DNA of 64,000 nt. Origin: Lingula anatina. Lineage: Eukaryota; Animalia; Brachiopoda. Position numbers and translations under genes: made by a program. Shown piece by piece: positions 48,349 through 64,000 of the stretch. Positions within the stretch are counted from its first letter, which is position 1. The number at the start of each line of letters is the position of its first letter. The stretch covers positions 23,154,934 to 23,218,933 of the forward strand of contig CM120645.1 of assembly GCA_051362555.1 (NCBI GenBank), in the 5' to 3' direction. The notes below the pieces were generated by a model, which saw only the letters and a program-made list of their open reading frames with translations, was not told where the DNA came from and did no database searches.

Positions 48349-48710
48349 TTCTGGCAAACAGGAACTCTGTGGTGTCGTTTTTCAAAAGGAAAAAAAAAGA
48401 TCTGGCGAACAGATACTAGTGTCTTTTTTCGAAGACTTTTCCAAAAAAAGATTCTGGCAACCAGAAACTAATGTTTTTCAAAAAAACGATCATGGAAACC
48501 AGAAACTAGACTCGTTTTTCAAAAGCATTCCTGGCAAAAGAGAAACTAGTGTCGTTAAAAAAAAAAAAAGAAAAAAAGAAAATTCTGGCAACCAGGAACT
48601 AATGTCTTTTCAAAAACGCTGAATTTAATCTCTGTCGTTTTTCAAACTCTGACAGCCAGAACCCAGTGTCGTTCACCTCAGATCAAGTCTGGTTACCAGG
48701 AACTACTGTT
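48349..48710. repeat. Degenerate ~40-55 bp tandem repeat (~8 units)
   Basis: Recurring tctggcaaccag(g/a)aactagtgtcgtttttcaaaa. Confidence 0.85.
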
Positions 48711-49639
48711 CTATAAATAAAAGGTTTTAAAGTAGGCTCTGCGGTTGAATAAACAAGACCGGGCGAGGGTGGATGGAACGCAGGAGGGTTTCATTTTCAC
48801 GATGGTCCAGTACAACTTCCCTTTCATTGAGGCCCCTATATTCGAGTTAATGGAATAGTTCCACATTTGTTTAATTTGGGCGCAAAATCTAAATTTCATT
48901 TCTACCAAAAAAAAAAAAAAAAAAAAAACGTATTGCCACTAGTTCCTACAAACAATGATCACATAAATTAAAGATCGAAAAAAGGGACAGTAGACCTAGG
49001 CACAAGAAAAAGAAAGAAAAGTAGAAGATGGTTGTCATTTTTCTTGACTCACTACACATGACCAGGAGAAATTTGGAAACAAGAAAATATCTTATTATTA
49101 TTAGTAGTAGTAGTAGTAGTAGTAGTAGTATTTTAGCCTAATGTATTTGAACGCCGACCCCCCCCCCCCCCCCCCCCCCGACACACACACATCATAAACG
49201 ATTGTCAGACAACAAGACTCTACATAAGCAGTAAGTTCAGTGCCCTGTGAGGATTCATAATTATTATTACTTTATTATTTGCTGAGCCAAGCGAAGAAGA
49301 AAGAACATTTTAGCAATGCCCACCCCACCGCCGCCCCTCTTTCCCTAGGAAAATTCTGTGTCCGTCAGTGTGTTGGATACAGCGGGTCTGAGACTGTTTC
49401 TTCTCTAGCACATTTCGGTTTCTTAGTTGCTCAACCTCTGAACCTGATTTGATTGCGCCAGAGATCGTCAGGTATACTGGTATACTCATATATATTGGCA
49501 TGTCCTCATGGAGTTCTAGTTACTGACCTCACGGGCATTGCCAGCAGAGACCAAGTACTGAGGCAGAGCAGTGGGGAATGAACCGTTATGTAAACATGGA
49601 CACAGATATGAACCTTACAGTTTACATAACCACTCCGAC

Positions 49640-53010
<3,371 letters not shown>

Positions 53011-53097
53011 ACTGGATAAAGTCCCTCAATACTGATGTCAGCATTCCTGACATTACCATTCCTAGATGGAGAATTGACACTGCCTTTCTTATACACA

Positions 53098-55002
53098 CTT
53101 TACACTGGACGGCGTCCTTCCTGCGTCCTTTCTGCGACCATGAAATTTGGCATCGCTGGGTCTTAATAAGGAGGCACGAGCATTGATTTGGTATCAGAAT
53201 GAATGCTCAATGATTGGCCAGTTGTCGGCACGTAAAGTATTATAATTTTTATGTACAGACACAGATGTGTCTGTACATATTGCCATCATCTGCGTCTGTC
53301 GTCGCCTTCGGCGCCGTCGGCGCCGTGCACTTTTACCGATAACACGATAAGTGGAAAACCATTTTACCTTTTGACTTGAAACTTGCAGAACTGATGAATA
53401 TTCATAATACGCAGGTCAAGTTTGAAAATCAGCATGATCGGGTCACTTTTAGGGAATTTATGCTGTTTTTTCACTTTTTTCAGCATATATGCAGCACCGA
53501 TAACACGATAAGTGGAAAACCATTTTACCTTTTGACTTGAAACTTACAGAACTGATGAATATTCATAATACGCAGGTCAAGTTCGAAAATCAGCATGATT
53601 GGGCCATTTTTAGGGAATTTATGCTGTTTTTTCACTATTTTCAATATAAATACAACACTGATAACACAATATAAGAAAAACGGATTGGCCAATTGTAATC
53701 ATACTCACAGGAGTGGTCAATCTTACTAAAACGCAGGTTGAGTTCGAAAATCAGCATAATCAGGCCATTATTTTAGAAGTTATACTGTTTTTCACATTTC
53801 CTCAGATTCAATTATTAGGCATGTTAACAGCCTCATTATTTAACTAATAAGATGCCTAAAAGTGTTTGTTTGATATTTCCTGCATCTTTACAACATTGTT
53901 AGTTGATTATGTAAAAAACATGGTAAACTTGCTATCATGTATTGTGTAATAAAGTGTCAAAAATGGAAATAAACTCATATCATTGCAGTTTGTCAGATTC
54001 AATCATCCACTATGTTCAGAATCTCAGAATGGAGGAAATTGGACATTTAACACTGTTCTATTGATACTTTTCCCATCTCATCAATTTTCTTAGTTGGTCA
54101 TATAAAATGGCAGTAAAATGTTTATTTTGTTTTATGTTAAAAAAGTGTTAAAAATGGAAATAAACCCATTTCAGAACAGTGCTGTCTTGTTTACATTTCG
54201 GCATTTTCAAGGCGTGACTTTGAAGTTCCATGGGCCTGAAGACCTTTGCTAGTCACATTTTCTGAATATCTGTGAAACAAATATTTTATAATTAAAAATT
54301 GATGGTCATTAAGCTGTTAAAAATTATGTAATATTGCATCAAAATTTGAAGAAACCCCTATTTTGGGCACTGCTTCCATGATGACCATTTAAGGAAAATC
54401 ATGTCACTTACTGTTCTCAAACTTACAGGAAAGAAACATGGGGCTAAAATACAGCTTCAGTAGGCAATGCAGTCTGTTTGGTATTTTTATTTATTTATTT
54501 ATTTACTTTGGCAGTTAAACAGTTTTTTGTGAAAATTTAATTTTTCACATATTGGCATTTTCAAGGTGTGACTTTAAAGTTCCATGATCTTGAAGACTTT
54601 TGTTTGTCACATTTTCTGAATGTCCATGTTACTAATATTTTATTAATAACATTTGATTGTTTTTATGCTGTTAAACATTATGTAATGTTGCATCAAAATT
54701 TGAAGAAACCCCTATTTTGGGCACTGCTCCTATGATGACCATTTAAGGGAAATCATGTCACTTACTGTTCTCAAACTTACAGGAAAGAAACATGGGTCTA
54801 ACATACAGCTTCAATAGGCAACGCAGTCTGTTTGGTAAATTTTTCTGGCAATTTAACAGTTTTTTGTGAAAATTTAATTTTTCACTTATTTGCATCTTTA
54901 TTTTCTGTTCTTTGTCTGTACATTTGACAGCTTTGCTGCCTTGTTTAACTCTCAAATGGGTACATACTGCTGGACACAGAAAGGACGCCGTCCAGTGTAA
55001 AG
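53098..55002. mobile_element. TIR element (outer) interrupted by a HINE
   Basis: 31-bp inverted repeat with 2 mismatches: ctttacactggacggcgtccttcctgcgtcc (53098-53128) / ggacacagaaaggacgccgtccagtgtaaag (54972-55002). Confidence 0.85.
53246..54946 (+). mobile_element. Non-autonomous Helentron (HINE/DINE-1/pearl-like) with internal tandem repeats
   Basis: 5' T-run plus hairpin atgtacagacaca-ga-tgtgtctgtacat and a cgtc-type simple stretch. Internal 161-bp repeats start at 53336, 53497 and 53658, then a ~190-bp pair and a 354-bp pair (54200, 54554). The 3' end has subTIR tgtctgtacat (54913-54923), stem-loop gacagc-ttt-gctgcc and ttgttt. Confidence 0.85.
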
Positions 55003-55611
55003 GGGGCTTTAAATAGCCAGTCAAACAATTTGACTTCTATGGTCTCATTTTTAATCAGACGCAATAATTTACTTTATAAGTAAAAGCATGATTGTTATAT
55101 TCACTTCCTGCATTTATTTTGCCAGTTTTCTTATAGCACTGATTCCGAATAAAAAAGCATGTTTTAGATTATTTGTTAAAAAAGCAAAAACAATTACATA
55201 TACATATTAGTTTGCCTTCCAATGCATGAATGATTGTTTTTGTAAAATACACCTGTCTATATTTTCTCTGAAGTAATATCACAGCTGTAAAATGTGAGTG
55301 AAAAAGGTTTGCAAAGTTTGAAGAACAAATTATTTCAGAAAGACATTAAAGTTTGTTACACACTACATTTACTAGTACACATTTTGCACACACTACGTGT
55401 TATATAACTATAGAAAACAAATGCAAATAAGAGGTTAAAAAGTACAACATCAAAAGAATGACAAAACCAGAGAAGTAACATATTCAAATTTAATCAAAAC
55501 AAGCAAATAAAATCCATTCCCATGCATGTACTACATTTTCTACAGGTTTATAAATATTACTATGGGACCAGTTACAGCCTCTGTATAATTTTATCACACT
55601 ACGTCACAATG

Positions 55612-55903
55612 CCTGTTTCACAAAACAGGAGTTTCTAGGTTAATTTTGGACTGCTTCTGGACATATTATATAGCTGAATACATGAAGTCAACTTTGCTTA
55701 GGTGTGTTTAACATGCCTCAGTGGCAGTTGCCTCTGATGGTGAAAATAATTACAACTTGTGTCTTTTTTTTGTTAAAGTAATTAGAAAAAAAGATGAGCA
55801 GACCTTTAGGTTCTTAGCAAAATGGAATTTAGACTAGTTGGCTAAAATTCTTAATGGTCCTTTCCAAGGCCAACATTGAACTTTAGCTGTTTTGTGAAAC
55901 AGG
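55612..55903. mobile_element. TIR MITE (gtttcacaaa-type)
   Basis: Perfect 17-bp inverted repeat cctgtttcacaaaacag / ctgttttgtgaaacagg. Confidence 0.75.
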
Positions 55904-56168
55904 TGCCAGGACTATTACGAAAAAAAAAAAAAGGAACACATCATCTTATCACCTGATAACATAACACCACCACCCTCTCCACATCATTATATGCTGATGA
56001 CTTGAATTAATTCCCAGTCCAAAATAGTCCCTTGTCTTAATGTGCCTGTGATCCATTATTCCCCCTAGTAAGTTTTAATACTTCATAGACCACAGAAGGG
56101 TCAAAATACAAGACTCCAATCTTAACACAGGGCATGCTCCCAGTGAAACTATTGATCTACATAGATTG

Positions 56169-56358
56169 ATCCAACTCAGCAGGAACTCTCACTGAATGCA
56201 AACAGTTTAACATATTGGACAACAAATTAACATACCTCCTCCTGGCATTGAGTGGAATACTGAAAAGCTGGTGATTGTTCTAGTACATTGGAAACGAGGA
56301 GGCGTGTTAATCTGTTTTAGACTGATTGCATTTAGGGAGAATCTCCGCAGAGTTGGAT
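56169..56358. mobile_element. TIR MITE, same family as 14231-14380
   Basis: atccaactc..gagttggat termini; internal ctgaatgcaa / ttgcatttag. Confidence 0.75.
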
Positions 56359-57527
56359 TGATATACGTGAAATTTTAGTTTCATGTATAATGTGCATGTA
56401 TAAACAGTGAAATCATGAATACATGTCCTCTGTTATCAAAGACTAAATGATATCATGTATTGCATACTTTACATAAAAAGTCAATGTAGAAACAAGATTA
56501 AATAAAAAATGAGGCAAGCTATGACTAAGATAATAGAGAAAAAGATATTTTAGAAATACTGTACTTTTGCATAAAATACCCACAAATTGTCTCAGTTTGT
56601 GGAAAAATTATTATGTCCAATTAAAAACAGTCATGATTAAATGTTTGTAATCTTGTCCTTTGCAGCTATCACCTACACCAGTTGTCAGAGGAACAGTAAC
56701 GAGTTACTTCACCAAATTATGCCATTAATATGTTGGTCCATGTCATGACCACCTACATAGAACACATTATTGTCAAAATATACAGATAAATGAATATAAA
56801 AGAAAGAACTGGGTTTCCTTAAAATAAATGTCTTGATTACTTCCTACATGCTTGAACACATCGGAATTCCTAAAGGTGCATTAGAACACAGAGTTCTAGT
56901 AAAAAAGGTTTAGGTCCATGTGACGTCACTGAAAAATCTGAAATTCATGTCCCAGACACCAAGTAAAGAACCCTTCACCACAACCAGTTATCTTTGACTT
57001 ATTTTGAGCACACGACACTTTAGGACCATTAATCCAACACTGATAAATCAATCTAGTGTCTGGTAATGGGTTTTTGAACAACAACCTGTTTTTATCTGCA
57101 CCTGTATATGAAAGTTCCTTTAACTACGCCCACTGATAAAAAACACACATTTCCATATGACAAACACATCGTCCCACATTATTATTATTATTATTATTAT
57201 GAACATGTCCCTGTTATTCACAGCAATAACAACCAGCTGAGAGTGGAGGGGATAATATGCCAGATATTCCACACTCACAGTACAGGGGTGCTGCCTTATT
57301 GATTGCAGTTAGCGGGCCTGTTCAGACAAGGTCCAACTTAAATTGTAAAATAAGTCTAAAATGTGTCATCAGACAACTTTACCAATCCATATCACAAAAT
57401 GATTGATTTTCATGCCTGAAGCAGGCTGGGATTTCCCGTGTGATCCAATGATGCCATATTGACCTCACTTATTGTTATTTTTTTTCAAGTTGGACTGTGT
57501 CTGGACAGATGTAACAACGGGGTTTGT

Positions 57528-59407
57528 TCAGCTTCCACAGCAGCTCCAGCCCCCAACTCTCCTGGAGGAGTTCAAGTCTTGAATCGTGTGGGTGTCCTGC
57601 ATTGTTACATCCCCTCCATGTTGTTTCTTTAGCTCCTGGGGAAAATTACAGAAATTATTCATCATCATGTTCATTTATAGTTAACAATTGGAAGTTTCTA
57701 TCATGATTATCCCTTTAAAAAATAAATTTTTTCAACACTATAAGTAATGAATGTTATTGACTGCATTATTTCATTAGATCATTTTACCACATGTGGTCCT
57801 AACCTTTATATAGTTACCAATCAATTTTTCTATAAAGCTGAAGACTAATTGGATTACACTTATCTAGCGCAACATAGACAGATACAGATATAAAAAAGAT
57901 GAGCAAGTAAAAATTTGGTACACAATGGCATTCCTCGTACAGAAATTGAATGTTAATTGCTGTGGAAAATATAGATAGCAACAAACCTTGGCAATTTTGA
58001 GAAAAACATCATCAATATTTGAATTATCCTTGGCACTTGTTTCTACAACATCAATTATTTCATTATTGCTGGCAAATTCCTTTGCTTTGGCAAATCGAAC
58101 TTCCCTGTGCATTTCAAGGTCACTTTTGTTCCCTGGAAAGTGACAAAAAGGAAAATGTTTTAAATAATATCAATTTGATAATGATGATTACTTTCAGTTT
58201 TTAACTATGTAGTCTTTAAAAGCTTTCAGATGAAACCTTGTTACACCAAGAAGATCAACTTACAAGGTAGAAAAGAGGAGTGAGGGTGTGAAAACTCAAG
58301 TTTTTCTCCCGTATTGTCCCTACCTATCAATATTTTGACTATACTGCCCCCTGCGTACTTCCTGACATCCTCAAGCCAGCGTGACACATTGTTAAAACTT
58401 TCCTTCTTCGTAATATCATATGCCACCACAACGCCATTGGCACTCCTGTAATAGCTTTGGGTTATTGTCCGGAAGCGCTCCTGGCCCGCAGTGTCCCACA
58501 CCTGGAGCTACAAATGTAAACGGCACTTATGGGTGCATTCGACAGAGACAAATTTGGATTGGTTTGTGTCTCATTGAAATTAAGAGATACTGTTAAAACA
58601 CCGTAGGAGTAGGATACAAACTATTTGTTGTCACCAGAGATTGTTTATTGCAATGGATTACCATTACCTTGATTATAAGTTACCAGTGAATGACAGTGTT
58701 AGAAATTAAGGCTGGACTGTCTGCCCGGGGCTGACAACTTTCAGAACGGGCTGAGAAGTTTTCCCACTCGGCAGACATTCAGTCCAGCTACTTTTCAAGA
58801 TGGCTGGACTTTCGGTCCAGCAACTAATTTTCCTAAGAGGCAAACACTGAGTGAATCTGTTTTGACTGCATAAATCGATAATGGATATTACATACTGGTA
58901 CAGCTGTACACTTATAAAAACTGTATGATCAAGTAATTGCATCTTTTGATGAAAATTTCCAGGAGATAAGCTGAACATGTGGTAATATAAAAATGTGAAA
59001 CAAACTAAAATAACATTATTATGTTTTATAAATTGACCAACGAATTTAAACACTGTATCGCAGTTGTTTCACTTTCACTCAAACCATTTTGTTTATTCGT
59101 TCCATTTCAACAATGTGATTTAACCAGTGTTACTGTGATTTATGTAGGTAAAATGTCAATGATTCGTGGAATTACAGCCCTTAGAATTAGCAACTAGGAC
59201 GTCTGTTACCTTTATCTTTTTCCCGTCTAACATCAGTGTTTTCATGGTGAAATCCACCCCAATTGTGCTTCCGTGTTTCTCTGTATACGTCCCCGACTTA
59301 AATCTTTGGACCACACACGTCTTACCGACCCCTGCATCTCCTATTAGCACAATCTTAAAGAGATAGTCATAAACCTCATCTGCGTCTGTTCCACTTTGGT
59401 GTGACAT
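57528..59407 (-). CDS. RAB43: Rab43/Rab19-family small GTPase, 4 coding exons, 211 aa
   Basis: Exons 59210-59407, 58324-58507, 57987-58132, 57528-57635. Motifs: [63 protein letters not shown], and a C-terminal WSCCGS prenylation motif. Confidence 0.92.
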
Positions 59408-60148
59408 GTGGAATGTGTTTTAGTTCCTGTCCTCTTCGCGGGTAGATCAATGTAAAAACAATTAATGGGACGTCAGCTTATGAAGTCACTTCAGACATAT
59501 TGGAATTAGTCAAGATGAGCCAGTGTCTATAGCGGAAATGGATAGGCTTGGCATTACATTGAGAGATATGTCTCAAGAGACACCAGATTTTTGATTAGAT
59601 TCATTTCTGACTATAGACAAAAACATTTCCTTTTTCTTAGATTTTAATTTTCTGTTTACATTTTAGCCCCAAAAAAAAGATGAAAATTGCGTTCCCAGAA
59701 ATGAGGTTTTCACGTTAAAGTAACTTTAACACAACGTCCAAAAGAGTTTCAGATTAGAAAATGAATGTATGAAAAGTATATTCTTTAGATCTATCTCTGC
59801 TGTGGTAGTTGAAATAATGATTATTCTGAAGTGCAATATGTATCAAAAACAAAGTTATTTTAATCTCTACATAAATTCTGCTACAAGTTATACATCCACT
59901 GGTCTGTCAGGGCTATTGTGTGGTCTCCTGAGGTCTGTCTCTCGTCAGGTTCCAGTGCTATCTCAAGCAGTCTGCTTTTTTACAACTAAATCGTGGACGG
60001 CTCGTAACTTTTTTTTTGCAAATATCTGAACTTGCTCACGGGTTTGTACATTTGAAGCATGTAACCTTTGTTTGAATAACAGTGCCAATGGGTATACTAT
60101 AAACTGTACGAGAATAATAAATATCTGAAGCTCACGAATCGCTGAAAA
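59408..60148. promoter_or_regulatory. Probable bidirectional promoter region between RAB43 and GRIPAP1
   Basis: Divergent start codons with 741 bp between them; locally CpG-richer than the flanking gene bodies. Confidence 0.65.
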
Positions 60149-63100
60149 ATGGCCAGCAAGCCAGAGGGTCTGACGGACGATGAATTTCATCGCATGCAGG
60201 TAAACAACTAAATACACATATAATACTCACTATTGATAGAAATATTTAAGAATTATTTAAATAAGTGCTTATAGTTTTCATGCAGTGTATAAAATGATTT
60301 TAATGTGCTTTTATGATAAGGACTGTTTTAAAACCCCGTTACTTTGAATTTGTTCGTCTTTAGAATGCGTTTCAATATTTTGTCGGAATTGAGCATCGTA
60401 AGTTCTTGAGTGTTATATGCTCTCAGATGTATTTAGTGCTGTACATATTTACACATCACCAGCTTTGATAACATCTGTTTGATTACGGTAGATGAAAACC
60501 ATCAATTTAGTGTAAAAGTAGGTATCACTATATCAGCCTTACCTTTTGCTTCACATAGTTGAAATTCCTTAATGGCATGTCTGCATCATAGCTCCATATT
60601 TTATTTAAACATGCAATATATGTTAATTTTTGTCCTTTATGAATTCCATGTATATAGCTCCAGTTGATTGAATTGAGAACAACAAACTACACTCTAGAGG
60701 ACCAATGCAAGAGGAAAGACAGAGGTATTCACTCTTCTTTTTTATAATTATATGTAAAATATTTTTAAAACAAAGATTCAGTCACCCACTTGGCAGTTGT
60801 ATTAATTGATAAATCTTTTTTTTTTACTTCCCAGTACATTGTTACCTTAAACAATTCATGAATACATTTATGATTTACAAATTTCTTTCTCCAAAAAGTT
60901 TGAATGGACTTTGAGAATGAATTCCAGTGGGTCTTATTAACTGTACTTATCTTAATATGACAATTTAGTTTTCATTTATTGTATTTATGCATGGACTTGG
61001 CAAACATCAAATACTCGCCCATATTTCTAAAAGTCAGTGGAATATTTACATCTTTTAAATGTTCAATTCTTCAGAATTACAAGAACTGAAGACCCGTGTT
61101 GCAGAACTCGACAAAGATCTACAAAAAGCCAATAAGGTAAGTGTGCTGTGGATCACCTAGAAAGGGAACACCAAGGATTAGTGGGATAAATAATCTGGGA
61201 ATATGTTAAGTTTTCATGTATAGGATCTTCTAGTTATAGATGAATTCTAAACCATGACTGACTCTCTGGAATGAATGAATAAATTGATTAAAATATAAAG
61301 GATTTGTCTATAACTTGATTTTATTAATCATATTTTGATTCTTTTTTTACTTTTTTTCAGGCCATAAGTAAGAGTAAAAAGGCAAAGGTAAATGCTATTG
61401 TTTGTTAAACCAAGGATAAAAGATAAACTAGCAACTCTTCCAATGGAAAAGCCAAGCCATAATGTATAGAATATATTAAATGAAATAAAATGGATGCTAA
61501 AAATGAAAAGTCAGTGGGGTGACCTAAAGTTGTATTTCACATTTGCCACTTTCATCAAGTTTGTTCTTTCAATTTATTGTAGAAAATATTTATTAAAAGT
61601 TAAAATCTGCTTCCACCTTTGCTATGTTGCATTATAAGTTGCAATATTTCCAATTCTTTTTGTCTCGACACAGGAGGTAGAGCTTCTTGTTCAAGAAAAT
61701 GACATTCTTCAAGGAAAACTTCACAGCCAGGAGGAAGACTTCCGACTACAAAATACCACCCTGATGCAGGAATTGGGAATGGTCAGTTGTATAAACAATA
61801 ATAATAATAATTATAATAATAATATAAAATAATTATCATTTTTCTTGTAAAGTGCATTCCATTTAAATTCGTACAGTACAATGCACTTTCAGTTTAAATA
61901 TCAAATGTAAAAATTCATAAGAATTACACTAAAATTCAGACTTACTTTAAAGTTACCTTACAGTGTGAAATCATTTAGATTGCCAGTGAATTCCTTTTAC
62001 ATGTTAATGCTGCAGAGGTTCAGGATGTTGCCTTCACTTTTCTCTCTCTTTCCTTTTTTTGTGCTTGTTACAGTATAAAGTTACTTATCATAAGCACATC
62101 GTGTTTTTAACTTGTAATTGTTCCATTGTAACTTTGAATGTTCCAATTTTAGTTAGTGTCAACTAACGAAAAGCTGGAGAAAGAACTCCAGAGTCTCCAG
62201 GGAAATGAGGCAGAGAAAGAGAAATGTGTGAAGAGTGAAGAAGTCAGCGGAGAGGTGCTGGAGCTGCAGAATGAAATCAGACGTCTTCAGGCTCAGAATG
62301 CAGCGCTGCAGAAAAATCTGATTTGTAAGTTCAGAAAGGCACATTTTTAGGTCTAACTTTTTCATTATTAATATATTTTTCTCTATCTATTTTTGTTGTT
62401 TTAAAATGTGGTAAGCTGCTATGATTATATTTGTAAAATACATGTACTGTAGCATTTTAGTCTATGATTTTTATGGATCCTAGACTCAAAGTAAAATAAG
62501 GTACATAGCAAATAAGTTTGAAACCCTACTAATTGTAAATTTATTTATTATTTTGTCATTTATTAGGCTTTAGTAAAGCAATTATAAGGTTTCAATAAAC
62601 CTAAGAAAGGATATAAAATGTTTTTTGTTTATTATTTTCAAGCTGACCAAGAGAAGTATAAGAAAGAGATTTCAGACTTGAAGCAGTTGACGTCTCAGAG
62701 GTCAATGCAGGACGTTGACCTTGGTGACCTTGGAGACCTTGGCACTGTAAACAACACACATGATTCTTGGTAAATCGTAGTTTTCTTTCCTCCCAACTTG
62801 TTTTATAGTATTGAAATAATACCATGATGGGGACAAATCTTCTAGATATTCAATTTTTCAAGTTTGAAATACTATAAATACTTAGTTAGCTGAATTATAT
62901 TACTGATGCAGTATTATATCGTGGAGAGGGTTTCAGGATACAGCTCTTGGGTCAGAAACCAGATGTTAAAAAGGTCTAAATAACCCCACAGTTGACCAGA
63001 AAAGGTGCATTGAAAGGAACCCCTCATTTAAGTTGTTGGCTAAGGGCTTGGCTTCTGAACCAAAAGAAACAAACACAACCACAGTGTAAAGAAAAGTGTA

Positions 63101-64000
63101 TTATATAAATCATATAAATAACAATAATATTTATGATTTTATGTGATTCCAGTGATGGGTCTGTAGAAGCAGCTATAGGGGGCGACACTGCTGCTAGCCC
63201 CACCAATCCCCCAGGTAAGTAAAGTTCATACTGAGAATAAGAGCGCATCTAGATCGAACTAACTCGCTGGGGGTTCACGCTAAATTGCTGTCAGACAACC
63301 GCGCATGGAAGTTAATTACCCCCTTACAGCTTTTAATAGGCGGGACAGACATTTAATCTAATAATCATGGAGATAGATCGATCTAAAATCTGTGGGAATG
63401 GGGTCTAAGAGTTTCTGATATCTGCCTGGTAATGATTCATGTTCACAGCTTCAGGCTGTCATGTTTTTTCTGCCAAAAGTTCAAACTTGGTCCAATTTAC
63501 CGCCATTGTCAAGAAATCCTGGGAGGTAGCCTAAAACCAGAGATCCCCCTTGGCCCCAGGTTATTGTTTTCACAGAGATATGGAATAGTTTGGTGGTCTG
63601 ATATTGTGTGTTAGACCCAAACCACTAACTGTTTGCTATTGAGTATTGAGTGTGTTGAGAGTTTGCTATTGACTTTAGATCTTTTTTGTTTTAATTTTTT
63701 TTCCAGATGTCTTGCCTCAAAAGTCTGCTCCGTCTGTGGATGTGGAGTCCCACAAATTAGAAGAATACATTCAAGAAAATAGCAGTGAGTTGGGATTTAA
63801 ACAAAAAGCAATTTTACACGTGTGCCCAAAAACACACACACACACATGTTAGCCAAAAAAAAAAAATAATTGATTTAAATTTATAAAAATGATCAAATGT
63901 TTGAACTAGTTCATATTTGCTGCTCCTCCCCTTCTCTCTCTCTCTCTGTCTGTCATTGTTCCAACAACTATTCTGACTATTTCTCAGGTCTGAGACTAAG
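60149..64000 (+). CDS. GRIPAP1: GRIP1-associated protein 1 (GRASP-1), 5' part; runs off the window
   Basis: Exons 60149-60199, 60658-60724, 61075-61136, 61361-61387, 61674-61781, 62153-62324, 62643-62769, 63153-63214, 63707-63784, 63988->. Translation [30 protein letters not shown]..[43 protein letters not shown] matches the conserved GRIPAP1 N-terminal coiled coil as I recall it. Confidence 0.92.

Noticed and set aside
48197-48622. 141-aa ORF
   Set aside because: Made of microsatellite plus the degenerate tandem repeat.

Overview
AT-rich, intron-rich animal genomic DNA. A marine invertebrate, probably lophotrochozoan or mollusc-like, is my inference from composition, frequent TACATGTA and the transposon types. 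Four protein-coding genes were reconstructed by hand from GT-AG junctions and reading phase. (1) A 26-coding-exon, ~1059-aa receptor tyrosine kinase on the minus strand (35748->645) with an unusual architecture: signal peptide, LRRNT, ~13 LRRs (one per 69-84 nt exon), LRRCT, three Cys-rich ephrin-receptor-like (GCC2/GCC3-type) repeats, a TM helix and a RET/FGFR-type kinase. (2) Choline dehydrogenase (+, 49640-53010), whose third exon/intron junction is amplified into a 7 x 68-bp array of splice donors. (3) A Rab43-like GTPase (-, 59407->57528). (4) The 5' part of GRIPAP1 (+, from 60149 to the window end), head-to-head with the Rab. Non-coding DNA holds a decayed two-ORF THAP/SAP (ISL2EU-like) transposon nested in a small MITE, a Helentron-type HINE nested in a TIR element just after the CHDH stop, several CAG..CTG MITEs with 5-bp TSDs, foldback elements, a Tc1 relic and many simple repeats. 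No database searches were run; family names come from recognised motifs.
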